From the NCBI GenBank assembly GCA_010093705.1, contig MU006098.1, forward strand, positions 417,981 through 481,980: a stretch of DNA of 64,000 nucleotides, written 5' to 3'. Position numbers and translations under genes: made by a program. This document shows, piece after piece, positions 49,589 through 59,741 of this stretch. A model generated the notes under the pieces. It ran no database searches, was not told the DNA's origin, and saw nothing but the letters and a program-made list of their open reading frames with translations. Positions within the stretch are counted from its first letter, which is position 1; the number at the start of each line of letters is the position of its first letter. This stretch comes from Patellaria atrata CBS 101060 (taxonomy: Eukaryota).

Positions 49589-52500
49589 ATGGGGAAATCT
49601 GAAGAACCGTCAAGTATGCGTAAATGGCACTCGGATGTCATCAAAATAGCGGCGAAGCATCAACCGATAAATTCGAAACTTGAAGATTTCCCATTAGAAC
49701 AACTTTGTCTCCTCACTAACTCATACTTGAGGCTACAAGGCGTAGAATGCCAGCTATCTTCAAACACTGGTGATATCATTGCTTCTTTACTGCAAGATCA
49801 TTCAGCAAGGGTGGATGCAAGGAATGACGCTGCTATTGTTGCGACCATACACTTAATGCCTCGCTCTATCGGAAGAGCCTGTCTTCGGAGTGTTTTTGAT
49901 TATAGCAAAACCAACTCTCCAGACGTCTGTCAGTATTTGAGAACAATCGTTCTGGCTCGAATCGCAAATCCAACAGTTGTCGACCAGCCCGAATCAAACT
50001 GTGCTCAAGCTTTACTGGACTTATTCCGCAAGGAATTCCCTCTTCCTGGACCTCGGATTCAAGACTATTTTAAAAACTTGAGAGAAGTGGAATGTCCTGC
50101 TTTACTGTTGTTCAAAGAAGTTCACTCTATCCCAAGGAAATCTTGTGTTCGTGTGAGAAAATCTTTGTTAAGTTACAAACAGCAACAGAAGTGGCTTCAA
50201 GCATTCATTGAGTCCCGATGGATGACTGAACTCTCTCAAGAATCTCCTGTCATTCATATATTGGATGCGGAGTTCCCAGAGTGGCGTATATGGTCTAAAT
50301 GGCGTCCTAATACAAATCGTATATCCAACTGGGAGGATTTCACCAATGATCAACGCCGGACATTGGTAGACATCATCGCACTAGAAGGACCAGATTATGC
50401 ACACAATACAGAAACTTCGCTACGGCATGGTTTATCACTGGAGTCATCGCCTTCGCAAATGAAGACTCTACTGATTGATTATACCTCAAAGGATTATCTA
50501 TCTATGGCTGATCATATTCTCGCTATCCTCGATCGCGTACAGCAATCTGGGGGTCCTGCTATAAACTTTTTCATCCAAACTTGTGTTGGGAAGCCAGTGA
50601 CATCTTCTACGCTCAGTATATTAGAGCTACTTTGCTCTCAAGGGGAGCCGGAGGTGTTTAATCGATGGAACCAACTTGTCAATGCTAAATCTAATAGTGT
50701 TAAGTTAACAGCATTGTCTCAGGTCCTCCCATTAATTGATTGCAATACCCTATCCGAGATTGAAAATTCCCCTTTATCCTCTAAAGAGTTTCAAGACGTA
50801 ATCACTTACGCTCAGACTGCACTAAGTCGCCAACTTCATGATGGTCGATCTGGCTCGAATCTAGGAATGAAATTATGCGAGCTGGGGCATGCTTTACAGA
50901 ACTCCCCTTCATTCCTATCCTCTCTAGACGAGAAGACTAAGGACTTTGTAGATCTACTACCCGATAAAGATGAAATCAAAACTCTTTTCGACCTCCGTGA
51001 ATCCAATCAGCTTTCTAAACCTAAGAAGGGGAGCTTCTCACTAGAGGACGTCTCTCGTAGATTTCTCCTGTCACGTTTGTGTGGAGTGGGTACTGTCGAC
51101 AGCGGACTGCTTGAGGCTGTTAATGTATTTCTTGCAGTCGAATCACAGAGGCCAGATTCGATTCGAAAGGCCATATCTCTCATGATTGTCCAACGACCGC
51201 ACATTGACAAAGAAATCCGTCAATCATGTCTTGACCAGTTGAAATATCTCAGAGATGGCCTCATAGAGAGAATGACTTGTCTCCTCGATAAGGACACTGA
51301 TATGGCGTGCGTTCATTTTGCATCACTAATCGCAGAAAAACGATCGCTTCGAGAATGTGATTGCTGGAAACGTTGGCTTAGATGTATGATCGAGCAACGA
51401 GGGAGCTTGTTACTGCGAAATCTCTCACGAAACTTACCATTAAAATCTTGGTTCAAGTGGATTGAAAATCTGGAATTAGCTTTTGGGCCTATGCCTCCAC
51501 GCTTTGATGTTATCCCTACTATCAACGAGGGCCTTTTCCAATGGAGCACTTTTCTCTGGGAAACTTATGGAGATGTTTTGGTGCGTCTACAGGCTAGATC
51601 TGGGGCAAGGTCGACACTTGATTGGATCCTCCTTCAGGACTCTGAAATGACTAGGGAGCTGCTAAGCTTAATGGATAGTCCTCCACAAGATAACCGGCGA
51701 CCCATCTATGACACAGTTGTTAAGGGCTTGTTAGCCGATGGAAGGAATGCAGTGACTATTCGAGACAGCTTATCTCAACTGACGAAAGCATCAAAATTGG
51801 GAGTTAATTCCTGCTTACGCCTTGCAAAAAGACACGAGGAAGATTCTGAACCTATTGCAGCCACGACTTTGGCTATCTGGTTACAGTCCGAAGAGTTAAC
51901 TCCTGTTGACCGTGCTCTTCTTCAGAATGTTGCTGCGCTCCTCAACATTAGAAGCCAAGGTACTGAGTCCAGCTCAGCTGCTATCTTTGCAGTTCTAAAG
52001 CGGGATTTTGCTGACATATTGGAGAAGGGAAGACACCTTGAATATCTTCGAAGGGGTCTTACGGCGCATGATGCAGCAAGAACAAATACCTTGATCAAAC
52101 GACTCGAAGGATCATCTCATACTGAGGATGCTTTTATAAATATTCCGTCATCGCACCTCGATGTCATCGAACAAATTGATACGTACGAGTTCGAACTTGT
52201 CTTTCCGCTCTTAAATCTAAAACCTCTCCGGGCAAAAGCCTTAGCTATTGATGAAAATGTACGGATGCTAATTCTTCGCCTTCGTACACCTAGAAAGTTA
52301 GCACCGGTGGAATTTTGCGTTCATTTTCATCCGAGCGATGATGAAGCTGGCGACCAGAGACATCGTCACCGGCGAGTAACAATAATGGGCAAAGAACCAC
52401 AATATCAGAGTTGTAGCGCACGAGACACACGAACCCTATATCAAGTAAACCGCCTTATTGTCCGTCTGTTGTCCACTGGTTTTGAGTCTCTTAAGGATAC

Positions 52501-53407
52501 GTACGAAAAGGTCGCTGCGGGCTTAGACAGTATGAACCGTACCTGTATCATATGCGGGAAAGACCTTGGTGCAAAACTATGGCGATCAACCACCTGTTCG
52601 GTATTGTGCTACCAAATGTTTAACGATTCTCCGATCGAGACCCTTCTGAATGATCTATACATGGACCCTCCCGTGGTAGATTTGCTATTAACGGCTGTTT
52701 TCGCGGCCGCTAAATTGAAACGAACTGATATTGATCTACTTGATGGATGCCCTATTTCCCGGGTTAATCTCCCAATAGTACTGGATGGAATTCCACCCAT
52801 TCATTCCTTTGGCACTGGATATTACAGGAAACTTATTCGTCGGTTGGATCAGGAACAACAAAGGTTGCTTTCCTGGGTCTGTAATAACTATCAGGGGTTC
52901 ATACTGTCTGCTCCATCCTCGATGCGAGTTCCTAGCATGCCTGGGACGCAGTTTATTCTTGCCAATGGAAATCCTGAAAGAGAACGTGCGTTCGCAGCAC
53001 ACGTTGCGGAGCATGGCAGTCAAGTTGTGTTTCACGGTACTTCAATGGATAGGCTCTACAGCATATTGAGACATGGGCTTCTTATCACTACAGACACCCC
53101 TTTAATGGTCCATGGAGCGGTCGCAGGTGTGGGCATTTATTTGGCAGATGAACCTTCCAAATCCTTAGTGTACTCCCCTATCAGTTCTGGATGGAGTCAG
53201 GGCTCATTCTCAAATGTGCTATTGCTGCTCGGCGTCGAGTTAGCTGGACCGGTTTCAGTGAACGAGATGTATGTGATTTCCGATCCAACTAGAATCATGG
53301 TTCGCTATATATTTATGTGTCCGGCTGGATCTCAGATACCGATCGCTGCACACATCACTCCTGCTATGCAAATCACATTCAACATGCTCCGCTCAGGATT
53401 AGCATAG
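49589..53407 (+). CDS. Large (1272 aa) protein with a C-terminal PARP-family (PARP6/8/16-like) ADP-ribosyltransferase domain
   Basis: Intronless ORF. VVFHGTS (H1149), SILRHGL, HGAVAGVGIYLA (Y1184), SLVYS and NEMYVISDPTRIMVRYIF. Upstream are CIIC-x13-CSVLC and DPPVVDLLLTAVFAAA. Confidence 0.85.
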   Translation: MGKSEEPSSMRKWHSDVIKIAAKHQPINSKLEDFPLEQLCLLTNSYLRLQGVECQLSSNTGDIIASLLQDHSARVDARNDAAIVATIHLMPRSIGRACLRSVFDYSKTNSPDVCQYLRTIVLARIANPTVVDQPESNCAQALLDLFRKEFPLPGPRIQDYFKNLREVECPALLLFKEVHSIPRKSCVRVRKSLLSYKQQQKWLQAFIESRWMTELSQESPVIHILDAEFPEWRIWSKWRPNTNRISNWEDFTNDQRRTLVDIIALEGPDYAHNTETSLRHGLSLESSPSQMKTLLIDYTSKDYLSMADHILAILDRVQQSGGPAINFFIQTCVGKPVTSSTLSILELLCSQGEPEVFNRWNQLVNAKSNSVKLTALSQVLPLIDCNTLSEIENSPLSSKEFQDVITYAQTALSRQLHDGRSGSNLGMKLCELGHALQNSPSFLSSLDEKTKDFVDLLPDKDEIKTLFDLRESNQLSKPKKGSFSLEDVSRRFLLSRLCGVGTVDSGLLEAVNVFLAVESQRPDSIRKAISLMIVQRPHIDKEIRQSCLDQLKYLRDGLIERMTCLLDKDTDMACVHFASLIAEKRSLRECDCWKRWLRCMIEQRGSLLLRNLSRNLPLKSWFKWIENLELAFGPMPPRFDVIPTINEGLFQWSTFLWETYGDVLVRLQARSGARSTLDWILLQDSEMTRELLSLMDSPPQDNRRPIYDTVVKGLLADGRNAVTIRDSLSQLTKASKLGVNSCLRLAKRHEEDSEPIAATTLAIWLQSEELTPVDRALLQNVAALLNIRSQGTESSSAAIFAVLKRDFADILEKGRHLEYLRRGLTAHDAARTNTLIKRLEGSSHTEDAFINIPSSHLDVIEQIDTYEFELVFPLLNLKPLRAKALAIDENVRMLILRLRTPRKLAPVEFCVHFHPSDDEAGDQRHRHRRVTIMGKEPQYQSCSARDTRTLYQVNRLIVRLLSTGFESLKDTYEKVAAGLDSMNRTCIICGKDLGAKLWRSTTCSVLCYQMFNDSPIETLLNDLYMDPPVVDLLLTAVFAAAKLKRTDIDLLDGCPISRVNLPIVLDGIPPIHSFGTGYYRKLIRRLDQEQQRLLSWVCNNYQGFILSAPSSMRVPSMPGTQFILANGNPERERAFAAHVAEHGSQVVFHGTSMDRLYSILRHGLLITTDTPLMVHGAVAGVGIYLADEPSKSLVYSPISSGWSQGSFSNVLLLLGVELAGPVSVNEMYVISDPTRIMVRYIFMCPAGSQIPIAAHITPAMQITFNMLRSGLA

Positions 53408-53791
53408 AGAAAGACGCTTTTATCTCAATATCCCCTGTAATGATTACAACAAATCATGTGAAATATAAGGTTCCTTTGATCATTGCATAATATAGGACAT
53501 TACATGGACTTGGGTGCGTTCCAGTTAAGATTCTTCAGCCTTACGAAACCACTGTAACAGGAAAATCCGGGAGCATGCAGCAAGGCTGAATGCCAACACG
53601 CCCAAAAACATTGAATCAATCTATTATTGGCTATCGCCTTCAGCGCAAGACGACGCTTTGCAGCTCGAAGCCTTGACATTAACTACATTGATCCTTGGAT
53701 CATTGCAATGCAGACATCAAATCAATAGCTACGTGGTCCCACATAAAATGAACTTTTTTACGGATGAATGCTCCATGCAGATATTCAAGAT

Positions 53792-55286
53792 CTAGACCGT
53801 TCGAAGATACACAGAAGTAGGCAACAAATCTTGCTGAGGCGGACCCATCTTCCGAAGGCCAGGCGACACTGCCAACTCTATCACATCCTCCGCTGCGATT
53901 CTTCCCCCGCTCTTATTTACGTAAAAACTAGTTGTTGATGATACCATGTCACCGGGCTTAGGGAGTATTAAAGCTAGTCTTGACTGTTGTGCTCCAAGGT
54001 CGAAGGCCAGAGCAGACGCTTTGTCAACAATTCTAGACACCCCATCGGAATCGAGATCAAATGACATTTGCTGGAATGATTGAATGATTGTTCTGCATGC
54101 ATCTAAATGCTGCCGTTCGTGACTTTGGAGGACCTCTGAGCCAGCCTTGTGCTTTCCCGAATCTTGCGAGAGACTTTGTCGAACTACCTCGATAGTCATT
54201 GACCTCCATCGCTCAGTGACGTTATCAGGGCCTGGGTAGCTATATTCTGCATGAGGGGGAGTTGCTATTGAAGATTAGCTTGTTGTTCTATGTTTTACTG
54301 TTTCTAGAGGGGAACACACCGAAAAGTTCACAATATAGGGCCTCGAGCTTCAGACCGTAGCTGCCCATTGCAGCAAATCCAAACGGCGGGGAAAAGAATT
54401 TCTTTATCAGCATGTTCCAGAACTGACTTTCTAGAAAACCTCTTAAATGCATTATTCGGGGTGATCTATCCAGAAATGCCATAAGCTGCTCCGGTCCCAC
54501 TCTGGAGAATCCTATGTCGGTTTCTCGATTGTTTTGAGTTAAGGCCCTGACAGTATCTTTGACATCCTTTATCAGCTCGTTCAACTTGTACTTGATGACA
54601 CTATCTGGTAATGATTGGAATCGATTCGGATTTGAGATGAGGGCAGCTCGAAGGTCTTTCCGCTCGTCCTCTAGAAGTTGGACTTCATTCTTCCGTCTTT
54701 CCATCTCTTTTTTGTGCTGGTCATCCGAATCCGTAAGGTCGAGTGTGTGCAACTCCTCTATCTTTGCAATTTCGCGCGCGTGTGACGCGTTCAACTCTCC
54801 TATTTTGCGAGCATGTGCCTCTTCCGTGCTTGACAATCTCTGCGTATATTTATCTTCGATATACTGCAACGCCTTGTTATGCGCTGTTTCCATTCGGTGC
54901 ATTTCTTCCTCGCAAGAAACCTCCATAGCGCGGATTCGCACCTGAAGGTCGTCTCTTTCCTGGGTAAGCTCAGCGTTTCGCTTCTCCAGATCTCTACTCC
55001 GATTGAGCTGGATGTTCTTCTCATGCTCCCAGTCATTCATTCTTTGTCCAAACGTTGCATCGAGTCTTCTGTATCCTTCTGTAATGTCTGAATGAGCATG
55101 TCTCTCGTTGCGGAGGTCTTCCTGTAACAATAACATCTCTTCTTCAAATCTTGACCGTCTGGATTCACTTGTCTGGAGCTTTTGGGTTTGAATGCCAAGA
55201 TGGTATTTTGTTTCTCTGAGCATCAGTTCCAGCTCTTCTTTTTCCTTTGCCAGCCCTCTGACCTCCTTTGAAATGAGTTTCTGCAT
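53792..55286 (-). CDS. Coiled-coil protein (~479 aa) with a GrpE-like C-terminal alpha/beta region; probable intron 54319-54265
   Basis: About 250 aa of heptad-like E/K/R/L-rich sequence. A GTGTGT..GCTAAT..TAG intron joins it in frame to the 53792-54199 ORF (ERWRSMT...ALAFDLGAQQSR...IELAVSPGLRKMG...LLPTSVYL). An additional upstream exon is possible (GCTAAC...CAG around 55300-55281). Confidence 0.75.
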
Positions 55287-55784
55287 GTCGTGAAGTTAGC
55301 GGTAATGTCGAAGGGATGAAAATGTATTAGGAATATAATTATCAACTCCACGGTAAGTAAGTGAATTCTGAATAGATTGTCAAAGAAAACGCGAGAAGAA
55401 CACTCCCCAAAGAGGTCAACAAGGCTGGCCTAGCTATCCGTCTCCCTGACTGTGGCTTCGTTTCCACACCCCAGGGTATGTCTCTCAATGAACTACTTCC
55501 GAGCGTGGGACCTGATCCGATTAAGACATGGCTACATCCATGGATATGCACTACGATACCGGGATCTTGCGAGTTGAATTCACCTACATATGCATGCATG
55601 GTCTAAAAAGAACTACTTCACGAATCCTCTCTAATGTGTAAAGCTGTTGCAGATCTACGCTAATACCTGCCCACACAGAGCGGAACATTGCCGCCTCCTC
55701 AATTCACACTCCAGACTTTACACGCCGGATTAGGAAATCCAGAATCTCACAATATACCTAAAGAGGGTATCGACCGTAATATAC

Positions 55785-58158
55785 CTACGCTTCTAAGCTC
55801 GTCTCGAATGTCTTCAACTCTGTATTTTTGAAGAAAATTGAAACTTTGACATTAGTATCTATCGTTACTCGAATTTCTAAGTTGGCCGTGTAATATCGTT
55901 GATTTGTGCGACTGTGTTTCTCCTGGGTGAATTGCTCGGGCGGGATACGACTGAGATCATATGGGATAGCTGTTACGACGCTGCGGTCTGTCGAACAAGG
56001 TTAACCAAAGCTCCAATCAAGTGGATCTACTTACTTTGAGGGACCTGGGAATACTGCTCTGGGGCATATTTATCGTCAAGAGCAATAAACGTAGTTTGAA
56101 AGTTGCTGCGATCTTGAAGAGTGAAGGTTCGAGTGAAGTAGCTCGTTATCACCTTCGGCTTATCCGACAATAGAGCATCATCTTTTCGAATTAACCAGGC
56201 AACTTGCTCCTTAGCTTTCCTTCTTCCGTCAACATGGTCGACGATCACGTCTCCCGAAGCGTGACTATACGCTGAATACGCCTGACTGGTGATCACACCG
56301 AAATGACGTGGACATGGACGCACCCAGGTGAGACCTTCGACGCCTCTTCCGAGTGCTTTAGCCACTGCTCCTCGAGCAACAGCTGACCACCTGTAAGTTT
56401 GTGAGGACTGTCTTGCGAAGTTGCGAAACGAAAACGTGGGATTCTCACGAGTGTGGACCTCGGTCAACCTGGATTCTCCTCAGTCGGGTGAACTCTCTAA
56501 CCTCTTTGAGCAAGAAGTCGCTTTCAGCAAAACCCCCTGATAGAAAGATTGTCTAAAAGTGTTACCTCTCTGTTGAGAAAATTCGGTGAGTAGAAATACT
56601 TACCCGGACCATTGATCTCTGAAGGTCAACTTGAGTGATTTGGCCAGCGATAAGATCTATTACTCGATCTACCCATGGTCTGAACAATTGCTTTATTTCC
56701 GCCCTAGGCAATGATGAGTTATAAGACACTGCTGCAATCATGTTACGTACCTAGTTATTAGTAACTCTCCGTCCTGGATGCCCTTCATTTGATCGTCTTC
56801 GAAATTGACGCCTGCGGGTAGCGGAATATATTCAGGATCCTGCAGGTTAGGTTTCCCAAACTGCTTTTTGATAGTTTCGAACCCATTTATGACGGCGCGC
56901 ATATTAGAACTAACAACAGTATGTGCTCCAAATTCGTCTGGGGAGTCTTTTGCTAACTCGGCATAGTATTTAGGACCGAGTTTCTTCTTGAGCCAGTTTT
57001 GGAAGTCGAGATCAATGAAGGATGCTCCGCATCTATCACCTAACCGCTGCGTTAATAAAAAACGAAGAAATCCGACAGTCTATACGATATACCGGTTGCA
57101 GTTCCGATTTGTTCAGTCCTGAAGGTGGGTTCTAACTCCACGATGCGATAAGAGACAAGATCCTTATTGCTCTCGTCAGAGGTAGTGAATAATCATGCCG
57201 TACTTTTGGTGCTTACCACAGTTCCTCCTCCTGCATCGCAAACAACAAAACAGTCCCCCTATTAAGTGATTAAATACCGTTAATTCGCGTGTTGCTTTAA
57301 CTTACCACCATCAACTCCATATCTTCACTTTCGTTCAAATGGTTCAGTATGTAGAAAGCAGTGGCTTCCGCTTCTGACAATATGAAGGTCCTCCTAAGGG
57401 TAGGTAATTGCTTCACATTAAAACCTGCATCATTGATCGCTCTAAAAGTTCTATTTAGGGCTGATTCAGACCAGACCTTTCTTGCGTTAATGTCTGTATC
57501 CATCTTTTCGGCTCTCACTTACTGCAGGTATAGTAACGACTAGATCAATAGGTATCCTGGAAAAAGCGTCCTCGTTGATGTGATCACCTTGTTGTAGTGA
57601 ACGCATAACATGTTTTCGAAATCGAGCTAAATATTCAGTGGCAATCTCCACCGAGTCTTTGGTGGTGCCAGGAGGAATTCCACCCGGCAGCTTCTGTATA
57701 GCTCTAAGGTCGAGGTTTTTCGTACTATCCAACGCTCTCAATATGCTTTTCAACTCTTCAATTTTATCCCTTGGGTCTAATTCCAACTTCGTCCATTTGA
57801 TCGTCTCAGACTTGGGTGATATATCGTTACCCCATTGTGAAGCAGCATCAGGCGCTGGCGAGTAAGAGATCACGCTGGGGACCTTCACCTCATTACTGCT
57901 ACCATCTATGCCCGGCCAGTCTTGGTGGACCTTGATGTCCTCCAACCGGAAAACATCTGTGACCGAGGTTGATTCGCACCAGGCAAACCCTTCAAAGTGG
58001 TGAGCATTTATACTCTATTTGGAAATTATTAGAGACCTGACTGTACCAGTATAAGTAGTCCCATAATCAAGCGCGAACACAAGTCGATTTGCTGGAGTTT
58101 GTGTTGGATCTACCCCGGCTGGAGACCGCATTGAGGGAAATCTTCGAGCTCGATCCAT
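55785..58158 (-). CDS. Atypical Hsp70-family (HSPA12-like) ATPase, 637 aa, 10 exons: 58158-58047, 57989-57523, 57476-57306, 57258-57217, 57162-57093, 57039-56751, 56703-56604, 56552-56449, 56390-56035, 55987-55785
   Basis: Spliced motifs ALDYGTTYTG, WPG...KVPSVISY, LVVTIPAVWS, LSEAEATA, VVCDAGGGTVDLVSY, CGASFID, FETIKKQF, FLSGGFAES and WSAVARGAV. Exon lengths sum to 1914 nt with no stop or frameshift. There is no EEVD tail. Confidence 0.88.
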
Positions 58159-58204
58159 TTGTCTTAACCTGCTTTGCTCAATTACGAGTGCAGAATATAG
58201 TTAG

Positions 58205-58275
58205 TGTAGATAAGACAACAAACTGCATTAAACGAATATAAACTCCAGCTCTCATAAGATGTTGTCTTATTTACA
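58205..58275. repeat. 16-bp inverted repeat (one mismatch, 39-nt spacer) upstream of the Hsp70-like ATG
   Basis: TGTAGATAAGACAACA at 58205-58220 and TGTTGTCTTATTTACA at 58260-58275. Confidence 0.7.
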
Positions 58276-58949
58276 GAAGAGCTGAGCAGCCCGAAATGTC
58301 GCATGAAATGGTCGTAGATCAACTGGCTAGACATGTCGGTATATTATACAAGCATGATGCTGACTGTTTGCTTGGGATGACACCTATAACTAGTTAATGT
58401 AGGTAGGAGCCATCCATGAGTCGAGACCCCTCGAGGGTTCGATAATCCTTCTCGGTAGAGGTGAGTAAAACTTGTGATGTTGATTCTCAGCCTTGTCGCC
58501 CTTCTCGCTAATCCTGTCCAAATCCGGCAAATTTCAAGGAATCGCGGCAGGCACTCAACATGCGCAGGACTGCATGTGCCCCCACTACCAATGGAATACT
58601 GTACTGCTCCGGATTCTGATCTCGCCAGCACATATTGCATGTTCACCCTCCTCATGTGGGATAGAGTGCAGGCAGCAATGACTCCATCGTATCGCAGTCA
58701 GTGTTAGATGTCCTAATCGGGCTTTTGCTAGAAGGTAGCCTCGTGTAATTGATTAACAGACCTGACCATATTTTCTTCTTTTCCGTTAAGCTGGATTGAG
58801 ACATCTCCTTGAGCAAGAAGAGGATTTCGTGAGGCTCTCAACCTGGAACACTGCTCCCGGCACTTTTCATCCATTACACGTTTGCACGAACATATAAGCT
58901 TCCAATAGCTGATAATTTTTGACCTTTGCCATTCCATGTACCTATCAGA

Positions 58950-59741
58950 ATGGACTGGGCTCATCAGACGGGATTCCACTCGTTTTCGCAATATCAGGAT
59001 CAGAACCTAGAGCGGCTGGCTCGGGACTACGAAGAGAATGTTTCGAAAACCCTGAAACCCCTTTCTGTAAAGATCGTTTCTCCCTATGTCACTGGCTTAA
59101 GGGCAAAGATTGTCGATCTGAATTCCAAGATCAGCCAACTGTCAAGCGAAAAAGGGGCTCTGGTAGATGAGCTCCAGAAGCAACGAGATGCCGTGCTATA
59201 TGACCACAATCAAATGGCCATCAAGATCATGCAATCGAGGGCAAAAGTGCAACCCGATGTCAGCCCTCGTCAGAATGGTCAAAGACCCCCTCCTCTAGGG
59301 CAGGCGTTAGCGGAGCTCATATACGGTTACGAAATGCTGCGGAAGGAGCTCGACGCCATGAGGCAGCGAAATCACGAGTTGGAAGAACAATCATTGCAAA
59401 GACAATGGGCGGACCACGCTGATACCATGGTCGCGGCTCCCGGTCAGACCGTCAAGGCGGAAGACCTTTACAGTCTGCGGAACCTCATTCGGAGCAAATA
59501 TGCGTTGGACATTGAGATTTGGAGCTTGCGGGATGTGCATGCTAGAAACCAGTACATAGTGGACGAGAAAAAGATGAAATCAGAAGCGGCGCTGATGGAA
59601 ATACGGCAGGCTTTAGACGTATGGGGGAATGAGGATAGTGGTTGGACGGACGAGGAGTTACCGTTCGTGGAGGAGATTTACCGCAGACTTATGAGCATTC
59701 CTTTGGGACAATACAAGCAACCGGCGAGAAGATCGCGATGA
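58950..59741 (+). CDS. Hypothetical coiled-coil protein (263 aa) with a C-terminal helical domain, divergent from the Hsp70-like gene
   Basis: ATG at 58950 within the 58926-59741 ORF. Heptad-like segments and C-terminal LYSLRNLIRSKYALDIEIWSLR...VW...WTDEE...IYRRL. Confidence 0.72.
   Translation: MDWAHQTGFHSFSQYQDQNLERLARDYEENVSKTLKPLSVKIVSPYVTGLRAKIVDLNSKISQLSSEKGALVDELQKQRDAVLYDHNQMAIKIMQSRAKVQPDVSPRQNGQRPPPLGQALAELIYGYEMLRKELDAMRQRNHELEEQSLQRQWADHADTMVAAPGQTVKAEDLYSLRNLIRSKYALDIEIWSLRDVHARNQYIVDEKKMKSEAALMEIRQALDVWGNEDSGWTDEELPFVEEIYRRLMSIPLGQYKQPARRSR

Noticed and set aside
54265..54298. Alternative 34-nt intron (GTAAAA donor) in the GrpE-like gene
   Set aside because: It is shorter than any other intron here. 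The same-phase GTGTGT donor at 54319 gives a typical 55-nt intron.
55785..58158. Hsp70 pseudogene (appears as fragments in the ORF track)
   Set aside because: All fragments join through GT-AG introns into an uninterrupted 637-aa frame.
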